Shown here piece by piece: positions 9,938 to 19,405 of a stretch of DNA of 64,000 nucleotides. The DNA lies in contig JADLCR010000096.1 in assembly GCA_020847095.1 (NCBI GenBank), positions 1,127 to 65,126 of the forward strand. Reading direction: 5' to 3'. Position 1 is the stretch's first letter. Each line of letters starts with the position of its first letter. Under the pieces are notes generated by a model that was given only the letters and a program-made list of their open reading frames with translations, was not told where the DNA came from and made no database searches. The position numbers and the translations under genes are program-made. Origin of the DNA: Oligoflexia bacterium. GTDB taxonomy: Bacteria; Bdellovibrionota; Bdellovibrionia; JABDDW01.

Positions 9938-12066
9938 ATTCCAAAATATTCGTAGATAAACGTCCAAATGAAAGTCTCTGAACGCCACCCTATGCGATCT
10001 TGAATCATGTTGGACGTCATCCAATGGCCCGCGTTCTTAACAGATAAAAAGTGAATGTTATTTAGATTTCCGTATCTGTCATCAAGGGCCGCCTTGAGCT
10101 TATAAGTATGCGCCGAATTCACTCTGGAATCATGGGTTCCGTTAATGAGCAAGATAACCGGGGGATTTCTCCCAAGTTCAGCCTGCTTAACCGGAGAATA
10201 CTGAGAAAGATATTTGGCATCTCTTGCTTTTCGACTATCTCCATATTCGTAGGTCCATCCATTTGAAAATCTTGGATCCAACGCTTCTTTTCGAAGCATA
10301 TCTTGAACACCAGCACCTGAGATGATGAGGCCAAACGCCAATGGCTTTTGCAAACTTGTCGCCGCAACCCCGAGACCACCGTTGGACCAGCCTTCGACAG
10401 CAATACGATCAGGTCGAGATATCTTAAGACTTGTGAGAAGCTCCGCCGCCGCCGTAAAGTCGTCGAAAACATTTTGTTTGCGTTCAAATGTTCCTTGTTT
10501 ATGCCAGTCGGGACCAAAATTATTATCCCCTCTTAAGATTGGCGTCACAATAACACCGCCACGCTTCAGAAATTGAAAATCCATGGGCACAAACCAGGGG
10601 TAGAAATATCCTTGCGACGAAAAACCGCCATAGCCATAAATCAAACTTGGATTTGTTCCATCAAGGGCTATTCCTTTTTTAAAAGTGATTCGAACTGGAA
10701 GTCGCGTTCCATCTTGACTAGTGGCAAATTCAATTCGACTTTCAAATTGAAGACCGTCAGCTGTTAACATTTCTTGTTCAAGATTGGGGTTTTCAAATCG
10801 ATTTTCTTTAACCAAAAATTTTGCGGTGCGCCCAGACGCAACCTGACTCGTTAAACCTACGAGGAGATTTTCTTTTTTTGAATCCCACTTGACCCAATTG
10901 ATCGTGCTTGAAGGAGGAGCTTTTATCGCAATCTGAATCTGACCATTGGGGCCAAAGATATCGGCGTATTGATTTTCGCCATAATACGAAAATGCCGCCC
11001 ATTGCTCGCCCACCTTCGTCACTTTGCTCAAAACACGATTCGAGCGCTCCGGCACTACGGTGCGTACTTCGTTTGGCGCGTCAAAGTTTACCTCGACCGC
11101 CGATCCAAATCCTTGAATTCCGGAGAGCTTTAAAATGACAGAGGAATCGAACTGAGAAACAATATCTTCAATCTCAAGATCTTTGAGTTCAAGTGACCGA
11201 CCTTTTGAATCTCTCAGAGTGACAGCCTTTTCTTCGTATTGGATGTAAGCGTCAACGAAACTGAATTGAATTGATAATTTCTGATCTACCGTTTCAGTTT
11301 TTTGCGAGACTAAGTCAAAGATGCGAAGCGGAGTTGCGCCGTTTGCTGTTTCTAAACTGTTAAGGAAGTAAAAGCGCGTAGGACTTTGCCAAGCAATACG
11401 CGCCCAACCTACTTTTAGCTCTACTGGAACTCGCTTATTGGTCTTTAGGTCAAATACATATGCATTGTAGTCGTCGATCGAGCCTTTTTCTGATGCAAAA
11501 ACAATTGCAAAATCGCGGTTAGGCGACAAAACCGCCCGCGTGAAATTAACAGTGCCAGCCTTGCTTATGTCATGGCTTGAGAACAGAACCGTTTCATTAG
11601 CGAGGGGCTGCCTTGGTTGGGTTGGTTTCGCCTCACTTTCAAGTTTTCTAAGTTGATGTTCAAGCTCCCTGGGGCGCTGAAACTCTGAATCTTGACGGGT
11701 CGCGAACCTGCGCACGAGTACTTGCGGTTGACCAACGCCTTGATTTCTCAACACAACAATCTCGCCGTTTTCTAGCGAAAGAATGGAAATATCAAAGGGT
11801 CGATCCATTTGATTGAGTACCGTCTTGCCAACGGATTTATAATATCGACTGTCTCGGATTTTTTTGAGTGTCTTGGCATTTTGTTGGCGAACCCACTCGC
11901 GCCTTTGTGGGGAATCTGTTTCAAGCCATCGATAGGGGTCAAATTTCATTGCTTCAGTGCATGGCTCTGAAGCTCCCAATATTGATGGATAAATCAAAGT
12001 CGCCGATAAGATCAGCAGCAGGCTCATCCATGGTCTTCTTTCCAAAACATTCCCCTTCTTTTGCAT
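9934..12066 (-). CDS. Secreted prolyl oligopeptidase family serine peptidase (S9A).
   Basis: N-terminal DPYRWLE motif, catalytic GWSNGG nucleophile elbow in the C-terminal domain, and a signal peptide. Confidence 0.8.
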   Translation of the reverse strand: MQKKGNVLERRPWMSLLLILSATLIYPSILGASEPCTEAMKFDPYRWLETDSPQRREWVRQQNAKTLKKIRDSRYYKSVGKTVLNQMDRPFDISILSLENGEIVVLRNQGVGQPQVLVRRFATRQDSEFQRPRELEHQLRKLESEAKPTQPRQPLANETVLFSSHDISKAGTVNFTRAVLSPNRDFAIVFASEKGSIDDYNAYVFDLKTNKRVPVELKVGWARIAWQSPTRFYFLNSLETANGATPLRIFDLVSQKTETVDQKLSIQFSFVDAYIQYEEKAVTLRDSKGRSLELKDLEIEDIVSQFDSSVILKLSGIQGFGSAVEVNFDAPNEVRTVVPERSNRVLSKVTKVGEQWAAFSYYGENQYADIFGPNGQIQIAIKAPPSSTINWVKWDSKKENLLVGLTSQVASGRTAKFLVKENRFENPNLEQEMLTADGLQFESRIEFATSQDGTRLPVRITFKKGIALDGTNPSLIYGYGGFSSQGYFYPWFVPMDFQFLKRGGVIVTPILRGDNNFGPDWHKQGTFERKQNVFDDFTAAAELLTSLKISRPDRIAVEGWSNGGLGVAATSLQKPLAFGLIISGAGVQDMLRKEALDPRFSNGWTYEYGDSRKARDAKYLSQYSPVKQAELGRNPPVILLINGTHDSRVNSAHTYKLKAALDDRYGNLNNIHFLSVKNAGHWMTSNMIQDRIGWRSETFIWTFIYEYFGI

Positions 12067-12128
12067 TTTGGCTCAAAGAGTCATAGCAATGCGGCCGCCA
12101 ATTTGGAAGCCGAAAACTCAAATACAAT

Positions 12129-12605
12129 TTGCCCGCCCAATTGATTCCTGTTAGCTTTAAAATCACTATGAAAACGGCGCGTATACTATGTTTTGCGGCT
12201 ATTTTATCGGGATTGGCCGCCTGCCAATCACCGTCTCGCTCAGGCGAGGCCCTTGATTCTTCTCCACTTAAAACTGACGTAAGACATGGCTGGACTGTTT
12301 TTACGGGACCAAAACCCACTCAAACGAAGTCCACTAATACAGAGTCCATCGAGCGAGGACGCGCTGTTTTCGCAAAATACTGTCAGTCCTGCCATGGCGT
12401 GACTGGGCAAGGAAACGGTCCTGACGCTCAAGAATTTCGCCTTCATCCGGCCAATTTGAAAAATGTGGCTAAGGCTTTACCCAATCACTATATTTTTATT
12501 CAGATCAACGAAGGCAAATCCGGCGGCATGCCGCGCTGGAAAGACTTGCTCACGTCGCAAGACGCGGCCGATGTGACCCAGTACATCCAGAGCCTTTCAA
12601 AGTAG
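12129..12605 (+). CDS. Class I mono-heme cytochrome c lipoprotein. The start is probably the internal ATG at about 12159.
   Basis: CQSCH heme site and lipobox LSGLAAC. Confidence 0.7.
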   Translation: MPAQLIPVSFKITMKTARILCFAAILSGLAACQSPSRSGEALDSSPLKTDVRHGWTVFTGPKPTQTKSTNTESIERGRAVFAKYCQSCHGVTGQGNGPDAQEFRLHPANLKNVAKALPNHYIFIQINEGKSGGMPRWKDLLTSQDAADVTQYIQSLSK

Positions 12606-13409
12606 ATGAAAAAGGATTTATCAGAAAAATTTGGTTATCAACAAACACCACCATTTATTTTAACTGAAGACTCTCCCCTCGGCGCATATAGAACTGAAAA
12701 AGAGAAACATCTACAGCAGAGATTTTTCAGAGAGAGCTTACCACTTTCATACTTCACTGATCATTTTCCCAAATATTCTTGCCGTCAGGAAATTGCGCGC
12801 TTTATGGCTCGAAATGAACTCTTCAGAACAATATTAGGTATTCAGGGAAGTATCGTCGAATGTGGCGTTTTTGGTGGCAATGGCTTGATGTCGTGGGCTC
12901 ATCTGTCCGCCATTCTTGAGCCCAACAATAATTTTCGGCAAGTTATCGGATTCGACACATTTAGTGGATTTCCTAGCGTTCACGAAAAAGACCTTCTTCC
13001 CGGCTCAGCTATTGGCCCCGGTTACGTATCAGACCCCTGTTACGAAGATTTAAAAAGATGTATCGAGTTGTTTGACAAAAATAGAAATGCCCCCATCGAT
13101 CAGCCTCAATACGCAAAAGCTCAGCTTATTCGAGGAGACTTTATGACCACCGGCCCAAAGTTTTTGGAGCAAAATCAACACCTACTACTGTCCCTATTGT
13201 TTTTAGACTTTGATTTATATGAGCCAACAAAACTTGCGCTTAAACTTTTCTTGCCCCGAATGGCCAAAGGCAGCCTAATTTGTTTCGACCAAATCAATCA
13301 CCCTGCCTGGCCAGGAGAAACAGCCGCCCTATTAGAATCTTTTGACATCAAAAAGCACCAAATAGAACGTTGCCAATCAGAACCAAAAATTAGCTTTATT
13401 CGCCTCTGA
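12606..13409 (+). CDS. Class I SAM-dependent O-methyltransferase, TylF/MycF (macrocin O-methyltransferase)-like.
   Basis: GSIVECGVFGGNG glycine-rich SAM-binding motif. Size and overall pattern are typical of the TylF family. Its start abuts the stop of the cytochrome c gene. Confidence 0.5.
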   Translation: MKKDLSEKFGYQQTPPFILTEDSPLGAYRTEKEKHLQQRFFRESLPLSYFTDHFPKYSCRQEIARFMARNELFRTILGIQGSIVECGVFGGNGLMSWAHLSAILEPNNNFRQVIGFDTFSGFPSVHEKDLLPGSAIGPGYVSDPCYEDLKRCIELFDKNRNAPIDQPQYAKAQLIRGDFMTTGPKFLEQNQHLLLSLLFLDFDLYEPTKLALKLFLPRMAKGSLICFDQINHPAWPGETAALLESFDIKKHQIERCQSEPKISFIRL

Positions 13410-14391
13410 ACTTCGCTGAAATCTGATCTGTATAGAACTCGACGAATTGCTCTTGAGTCATCGTCATGGCGAATCGATCGACTCCGTCAACAAATGGAAG
13501 ATGAACTCCAGTTTTTCCCAAAAATTCACCTGCAAGCCAGGCGTTGCCTATCGCCGCACTTCCCCTCTTAAAAGGAATTCCATTGTAATAAAAGTAGGCG
13601 GCACGGGCGAACTCCTGAACCGAACCAGACTTATGAAAATCAATCAATGCATCAAAAGCAGAACCCAAGAATAATTTTGTGTCGTAGTAACTCACCACGT
13701 GAGACCACATCATGATTCCCTGTCCGTTTTTGACAATCATTGTTGGGAATAAGTTGCCTTTTGAAGAAGGGGTATTCTCAATCCATATTCCACTAATTTC
13801 ACCATCACCAAGTTGATGGTGAAAGCGATGCATAGCTGCGTCGATTTGCGAACCCACCGAGACTGTGTCGGAGCCCTTTATCCCTAGAAACTTAAAAAAA
13901 TCGGCCCGCCACTTAATGTTCGTTTGATCGGGCACATAAAATTTCTTTTTATTGGCCAACTCAACAAATTCCGCATTTTCAGACGGCCGACCGCCTCGCG
14001 TTGGCCAAATCACTGTCGTTAAAGCCAAAAATTCTGGCTTTTCTTGTTTACCCACTGAAAAAATTGCGAATCTTTTCTTTGGCGAATCGTGCCCACCGAC
14101 AACGAGCGCTGCTATTTCGTTGGCTTGCACAGCCTGTTGGATCGCAAATGCTGCGTGAGTCTCATCGGTCACAACGCGGTCTTCTCCGGAAAATTTTGAC
14201 TTTGGAAAGTGATTCGCTTCGTACGGTGCAGTGAGTGCGCTCAAGTTTAAGCTCTGCATGGTCAGTAGGCAGTTTTTAAAGAATCCCGCATGGCTAGGAA
14301 GCGGTAACGCCACCCCAATGGCCATTGGCACCAAGGTTATAAAATATGACGTCGCCAAAATACGGCGAACACCTGTCAAATGGCTGAACAA
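13396..14391 (-). CDS. Hypothetical secreted protein.
   Basis: N-terminal hydrophobic signal. No recognisable motif. Confidence 0.45.
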   Translation of the reverse strand: MFSHLTGVRRILATSYFITLVPMAIGVALPLPSHAGFFKNCLLTMQSLNLSALTAPYEANHFPKSKFSGEDRVVTDETHAAFAIQQAVQANEIAALVVGGHDSPKKRFAIFSVGKQEKPEFLALTTVIWPTRGGRPSENAEFVELANKKKFYVPDQTNIKWRADFFKFLGIKGSDTVSVGSQIDAAMHRFHHQLGDGEISGIWIENTPSSKGNLFPTMIVKNGQGIMMWSHVVSYYDTKLFLGSAFDALIDFHKSGSVQEFARAAYFYYNGIPFKRGSAAIGNAWLAGEFLGKTGVHLPFVDGVDRFAMTMTQEQFVEFYTDQISAKFRGE

Positions 14392-14467
14392 AGATCACCC
14401 TTTAGATCCCATGGGATCTCATTAAGTTCTTCTATATCTAATTATTGCTCAGATCGTGCCGAGGGAT

Positions 14468-15112
14468 TTAAAAGAACAGGTAGCTTCCGCCCAAGAAAGC
14501 TCCTCCCCAAGTCGCCTTATCAAATCGACTCCCAGGGATGGCAATTTCATTTCCATTTAATGAGGCTTTGGTAAAGGTAATTTGCCTGTATTGAGCCATG
14601 ACGTGAACGTTTTTAAAAAAGACTCGACCGATGCCCGCACTCCAACCCCACCCCGATAGCCAATCGTTTTGGCGGAAGGGATTCTGCGCCTTTGGCTCAG
14701 CCCACTGAATGGTATTATTAACGATCGGATAATATTCGGCAATCAAGGAGAAATCTACAGCGGGAATAAAGAACAAAACACTTGGCCCAAACCCATACCG
14801 ACGATGAGTCAAATTGTAAATCCCTGATGCCAATAAACTTTGATTCGATGAAGTAAAATTTATGGATGATGCTTCCCAATCATGAAAACCCACGGCGGTC
14901 AGGCTAAAATTTCCAAGCTTGATTCCGATTCGCCCCATGACTCCGGCCCCAAAAGAAAGTGCAGTCTCATCATGAGTCACAGAATAGTTGCTAAAAAGCT
15001 CTTTATACGTGGCTGTTCCCGAACTTATTCCAAATCCTAGTTCAGCGTGAAATTGCGCCAGCGAAATCGATCCGATTGTTAAAATAAAAAAAACTGCAAC
15101 GATGTTTTTCAT
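14468..15112 (-). CDS. Putative outer-membrane beta-barrel protein.
   Basis: Signal peptide, alternating hydrophobic pattern, C-terminal aromatic residue (…SYLFF). Confidence 0.5.
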   Translation of the reverse strand: MKNIVAVFFILTIGSISLAQFHAELGFGISSGTATYKELFSNYSVTHDETALSFGAGVMGRIGIKLGNFSLTAVGFHDWEASSINFTSSNQSLLASGIYNLTHRRYGFGPSVLFFIPAVDFSLIAEYYPIVNNTIQWAEPKAQNPFRQNDWLSGWGWSAGIGRVFFKNVHVMAQYRQITFTKASLNGNEIAIPGSRFDKATWGGAFLGGSYLFF

Positions 15113-15228
15113 CGATTTTTACCCCTATTGTTTTGCACTACTTAAATCTTAGGCTCTGTATTCTAAATTGCAAGGACCGTTGGCTTAACTAGTCCCCTTT
15201 TGGCAGGAAATCTGCACTACTAGGCTGT

Positions 15229-15984
15229 ATGGGCCTTAGTGCAACTACTCAATATTTTAAGACACTACTTGTGACTTTATTGGTCACTTTGACCGTTGGT
15301 TCAACAGGATCTCACGCTGATGTATGCCACGGTTTTAGCTCGGGTCCAAAGCATGGCGATGACATTTTGACTTTGATTAATAAAGAGGCTGAAAACAAGT
15401 TAACCCGCAACTATCTACCTTCAGATCTTGTCCGTGTGCCGCCTGACTATCTTGCCCCTGGAAGAGGAGCTCAGTTTTTGAGAGCCGAAGCGCTAACATG
15501 GTTGGAGAGACTAATAAAAGAAGGGGCGCAGAATGGTTTTAAATTTTATGTCGTTTCGGGATTTAGAAGTTTTGAAGATCAATGTATGACCTTTCGCTCA
15601 AAAATTACAAAGTGGTCTAGTCGATTTGGAAGTTTTCAAAAAGGACTGGATTACGCCAAAAAATCAAGCGCTGAGCCGGGGCGTAGTCAGCATCAACTTG
15701 GAACGACTGTCGATCTCACGATCGAACGCATTAACTTTAAATTCCTGTTTTCAATCACCAGTACTCCGGAGTTTCTTTGGATCTCTCAAAATGCCCATCG
15801 CTTCGGTTACGTCATGAGCTACCCATGGGCTGATGACGATCAAGACGGGCTCGGGTATAATTCCAAAACAGGGTATTATTTTGAACCTTGGCACTGGCGA
15901 TACGTAGGACAAGTTGCTGCCACTGAGATTTTTCTAAACAAAATGTTACTTGACGATTTTATCAAGAATCAGAATCAAAAATAG
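15229..15984 (+). CDS. M15 family D-alanyl-D-alanine carboxypeptidase (VanY-like peptidoglycan peptidase).
   Basis: SGFRSFEDQ and SQHQLGTTVDL zinc-binding motifs characteristic of the M15 family, plus a signal peptide. Confidence 0.7.
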   Translation: MGLSATTQYFKTLLVTLLVTLTVGSTGSHADVCHGFSSGPKHGDDILTLINKEAENKLTRNYLPSDLVRVPPDYLAPGRGAQFLRAEALTWLERLIKEGAQNGFKFYVVSGFRSFEDQCMTFRSKITKWSSRFGSFQKGLDYAKKSSAEPGRSQHQLGTTVDLTIERINFKFLFSITSTPEFLWISQNAHRFGYVMSYPWADDDQDGLGYNSKTGYYFEPWHWRYVGQVAATEIFLNKMLLDDFIKNQNQK

Positions 15985-15987
15985 TTA

Positions 15988-16272
15988 CTATTTCAATCTC
16001 GAAAGCGCGAGTTCGATTTCCGCAATCGCCGCCTCGACTTCTGCTTGTTTTAACTCAAGAGCCTTGGCCGCCGAGACAATACTTGAGGGCCCTGACATTA
16101 CCAAGTGCTGAACATATTTTTTGCCGGTAGGCGATAGTTGATCCAATATCTTTTGAACATCAAGCCGGGCTTCGGGTTTTCGCGCATACCGCTCTAAAGT
16201 TTCGAGAATGGCAATTTCCCTTAACTCTCCCGGTCTAGCCTCTCTTGTTTTCTTAGCCATAAGCATCCTCAA
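15988..16272 (-). CDS. Small hypothetical protein. The likely start is Met5 (MAKKT), which is preceded by a GAGGA Shine-Dalgarno.
   Basis: ORF with an RBS. No recognisable motif. Confidence 0.35.
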   Translation of the reverse strand: MRMLMAKKTREARPGELREIAILETLERYARKPEARLDVQKILDQLSPTGKKYVQHLVMSGPSSIVSAAKALELKQAEVEAAIAEIELALSRLK

Positions 16273-16413
16273 ATAATATAGATAGCTTAGCCTTAAAGCT
16301 AGACAAAGAGCCAGTGGTTCTTACGGTCGATGAACTTTGGTTATTGGGTCTTTTAGCTTACTCGCCGTTGGGCTAAGGGGTTTGTTCATTTTTGGGTTTA
16401 TTCCGATAAGATA

Positions 16414-17601
16414 GTGATGTTGCGCACAGTTATAATCATTTTTTTTGTTTTCATCGGAGTCCTTGCCTGCACAAACGGAATTTTACAGGAGCTCGGACAA
16501 TCCTCTCTTTCTACGAACTGCTCGCTCAATGCGACCAATTTTGTATTGGGCCAGTCTTCATTCTCAACTAACTCAGCAGGATCTAGCAATGCAGGACTCT
16601 CCTCGCCGGGAGGAGTGGCTTGTTACGCAAACAAAGTTTTGGTTGCAGATACTGCCTCTCATCGAGTCATGATTTGGAATAATCCGTCTAGCAATGGGCC
16701 TATCGTAGACGTTGTATTGGGCCATTTACTGACCAGTGGAAACGCTGTAAATGATGGAGTCGGAACTCAAAACTATACCTTCAATATTCCAAATGAGGTG
16801 GCCGTTGCAGGGTCAAGAGTCATCGTTTCGGATGAATCTAATCAGCGCGTTTTAGTTTGGAACTCCTTCCCAACTTATACCGGCCAACCGGCCGATCTCG
16901 TTTTAGGACAAACAACATTTACAGGAAACAGCGTGCACGGCGGAGCCTCGCCAGATTATTGGAACTTTTGGAGTCCAAACGGAGTTTATTGGGATGGCAA
17001 CAAGCTGTTTGTTGCTTCGAGAAGCCAAAATCGCATAATGATTTGGAACTCCTTTCCAACCAACAATGCCCAACCGGCCGATGTCATTGTTGGTCAACCC
17101 GATGGAACGTCAACTGGAGGAGCCACAACAGCCTCGGGTCTAACGCAGCCTCGGCGCGTATTTTCTGACGGTACTCGCCTATATGTGAGCGACTCGTCAA
17201 ACAATCGCGTCTTAATTTGGAATAACATTCCAACGTCTGACGGAACGCCCGCCGATGTCGTGCTTGGGCAACCAAATTTTATTAGTAATACCTCCAATAA
17301 CGGCGGCTTATCTGCAAGCTCGTTATCCTCTCCACAAGGACTCTATAGCGATGGCGAAAAGTTATGGGTCGTCGATAGCGGCACTCGGAGAATTCTTGTT
17401 TGGAACTCCAGTCCCAGCTCAAACTTTACCGCCGCCAACGCCGTTTATGGACAACAGGGAAGCTTTACAACCGGACTGTCAAATAACCCGTCTCTCGGCT
17501 ATCCAGGATTGTCTTCTCCCCAAGATATCTTTAGAGTGGGAACATCATTTTTAATTGCCGACACATCAAACAATCGCGTTCTTTACTTCCCGCCGTTTTA
17601 G
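16414..17601 (+). CDS. NHL-repeat (beta-propeller) lipoprotein.
   Basis: Six to seven internal repeats of about 45 aa ending in NRVLVWNSFPT…PADLVLGQ. Lipobox GVLAC. Confidence 0.7.
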   Translation: MMLRTVIIIFFVFIGVLACTNGILQELGQSSLSTNCSLNATNFVLGQSSFSTNSAGSSNAGLSSPGGVACYANKVLVADTASHRVMIWNNPSSNGPIVDVVLGHLLTSGNAVNDGVGTQNYTFNIPNEVAVAGSRVIVSDESNQRVLVWNSFPTYTGQPADLVLGQTTFTGNSVHGGASPDYWNFWSPNGVYWDGNKLFVASRSQNRIMIWNSFPTNNAQPADVIVGQPDGTSTGGATTASGLTQPRRVFSDGTRLYVSDSSNNRVLIWNNIPTSDGTPADVVLGQPNFISNTSNNGGLSASSLSSPQGLYSDGEKLWVVDSGTRRILVWNSSPSSNFTAANAVYGQQGSFTTGLSNNPSLGYPGLSSPQDIFRVGTSFLIADTSNNRVLYFPPF

Positions 17602-17903
17602 CCAAGGCGTTGGCCGCTAATGCACCTTTCGCCTCACGCCAAATTATAAATTAAGTTTCAGTAAGGTCGTCAGAGCAGAAATGCATACCAACAGTTTGGG
17701 TAGGGAACTTAAAGCGACAGAAAAAGGAAGTTCCCCTAATCATTCGACATGAGTCCTTCGTGCTTTGTTAACATGCAGTATACATCAGAGCGATTTCATC
17801 GATAGGAGGTAACTACGCTTAGAGATTTGGGGTTACGGTCTCACAATTGCAGAAATCTCTGCATGCGTAGAAATTCGATTCTAGAAAGTCGTAGGAGGCT
17901 GAA

Positions 17904-18398
17904 ATGAAATTTGTGTTTTTTATCGCTCTATTCATGTTGACAGCTGCAAATGCGAACGCCCTCAATATGCTTGAAAAAGCACGTTCAAATGAAGTCTCCA
18001 CACTGTTGGAGCGTTATGGTTTTCTGGGCAAAGATGTCAAGGTGGATACGATATTCGAAGTTAAGAAGTATCAAAAAAAACTATTTGAACTTCTTGATGA
18101 CGGCTTGAAAGTATCAGAAAGGCACACCGTGGTGTTTTCAGTTCAACTCGGCAAGACGTTTGATAGATTTTTTACTTTTAGCTGTCACCTACGCACATAC
18201 AAAGATTTCCCCTTCAACGTCGATTTGATTTCGGAAACTTGCCAAATTGTAAACAATTACCGCGTTCGCGTGAATTTGGTCGATGCCGAGAAGATGGGGC
18301 TTATCACCAGGGCGGAACCCATAACTTATAAGGGACAACTAGAGTTCTTCGGTACATGCTTAGATCGAAACTCGAACTGTCCTGGATTTGTATTATAA
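17904..18398 (+). CDS. Hypothetical secreted protein.
   Basis: Signal peptide and a GGAGG Shine-Dalgarno upstream. Confidence 0.45.
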   Translation: MKFVFFIALFMLTAANANALNMLEKARSNEVSTLLERYGFLGKDVKVDTIFEVKKYQKKLFELLDDGLKVSERHTVVFSVQLGKTFDRFFTFSCHLRTYKDFPFNVDLISETCQIVNNYRVRVNLVDAEKMGLITRAEPITYKGQLEFFGTCLDRNSNCPGFVL

Positions 18399-18405
18399 CG
18401 AAAAT

Positions 18406-18452
18406 GCTAAGTCGCCTTTTATGACTTGATGTGAGGCGAAAAGCGACTTAGC
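18406..18452. terminator. Bidirectional rho-independent terminator between convergent genes.
   Basis: A 10-bp stem GCTAAGTCGC/GCGACTTAGC, with TTTT on one side and AAAA on the other. Confidence 0.6.
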
Positions 18453-18467
18453 GCTACTAGCTGCTAA

Positions 18468-18929
18468 TTATGAAATGTTGAACCGCAAAAGAGGCAGTGT
18501 TCGATCGGGCGAAACTTTTGACGGTGTTTCACCAATTTTTTGGCAGCCAACTTTAAAATAAAAAGCTTCCGCTGCAAACGGGTCGGCAACCAAGACAAAT
18601 GAATTCCACTCCAATTTCTTTGCCATTTCAATCGCATGTTGCCAAAGGCCTAAACCTATTTTCTTTCCAATAAAATTTGGATCGACAAATAAATGAGTCA
18701 TTTCAGGCTCTGCACTTCTGAGGCTAAAGCCATAAAAGCCAAGTATCTGATCGTCATAAAGAGCCACAATAAAAATGCCATTATTGAGCATTTCTTCGGA
18801 AATCGTAAGCTCTGAAGCGCAGGACTCTATAAAAGCCTTATCGTAAGGCCAGTGGGCCTTTGATCTAAGGGCAAGTTCACTCAAATAGCGGATTTGACTG
18901 ATTCGGGCAGGTTCAAACCTTGGCTTCAA
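18468..18929 (-). CDS. GNAT family N-acetyltransferase.
   Basis: QxxGxG/A-like acetyl-CoA-binding motif (KKIGLGLWQHAIEMAKK). Confidence 0.65.
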   Translation of the reverse strand: MKPRFEPARISQIRYLSELALRSKAHWPYDKAFIESCASELTISEEMLNNGIFIVALYDDQILGFYGFSLRSAEPEMTHLFVDPNFIGKKIGLGLWQHAIEMAKKLEWNSFVLVADPFAAEAFYFKVGCQKIGETPSKVSPDRTLPLLRFNIS

Positions 18930-18932
18930 TTA

Positions 18933-19334
18933 TTAGTGCTCAATTGTGATGACACCAATTTTGCGAGTTGCCACCAGTACTTTTCCAAATTTCTTACCGG
19001 GTGGAAACGTTTTTTCAACTTCTTTTAGCGCCTGGTCAGTTTCGGTAGAAACTAAAATGCAAAGTTCAAAAATGCTTGAGTTGATTTCTTCTTCTGTCAA
19101 ATCAGAAAACATTCGCCCTGAAAGCTCTTCACAAGCCGAAATTCCAACTCCGTTTACATCTTTGATCTGAAACAAGATCGGCCTAATCTCTTCGATAGCC
19201 TCAAGGACTTCGGCCTGTTTGGGCCCATACTTAGAGTATTTGAGTTTACCGTTATTACCCGCCGTGGCACTAAAGGCATAAAACGTGGCCACCAAAACCA
19301 ATGCAAATTTCATCATAAATTTCTCCTTAATCAA
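18933..19334 (-). CDS. Hypothetical secreted protein.
   Basis: Signal peptide. Confidence 0.45.
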   Translation of the reverse strand: MIKEKFMMKFALVLVATFYAFSATAGNNGKLKYSKYGPKQAEVLEAIEEIRPILFQIKDVNGVGISACEELSGRMFSDLTEEEINSSIFELCILVSTETDQALKEVEKTFPPGKKFGKVLVATRKIGVITIEH

Positions 19335-19405
19335 GCCATTGGAGTAGCTGATTTTGATGAAATTTAGAATGGGAAGAGTTTACAGAACTGAGTGTTTAGA
19401 GGGCA

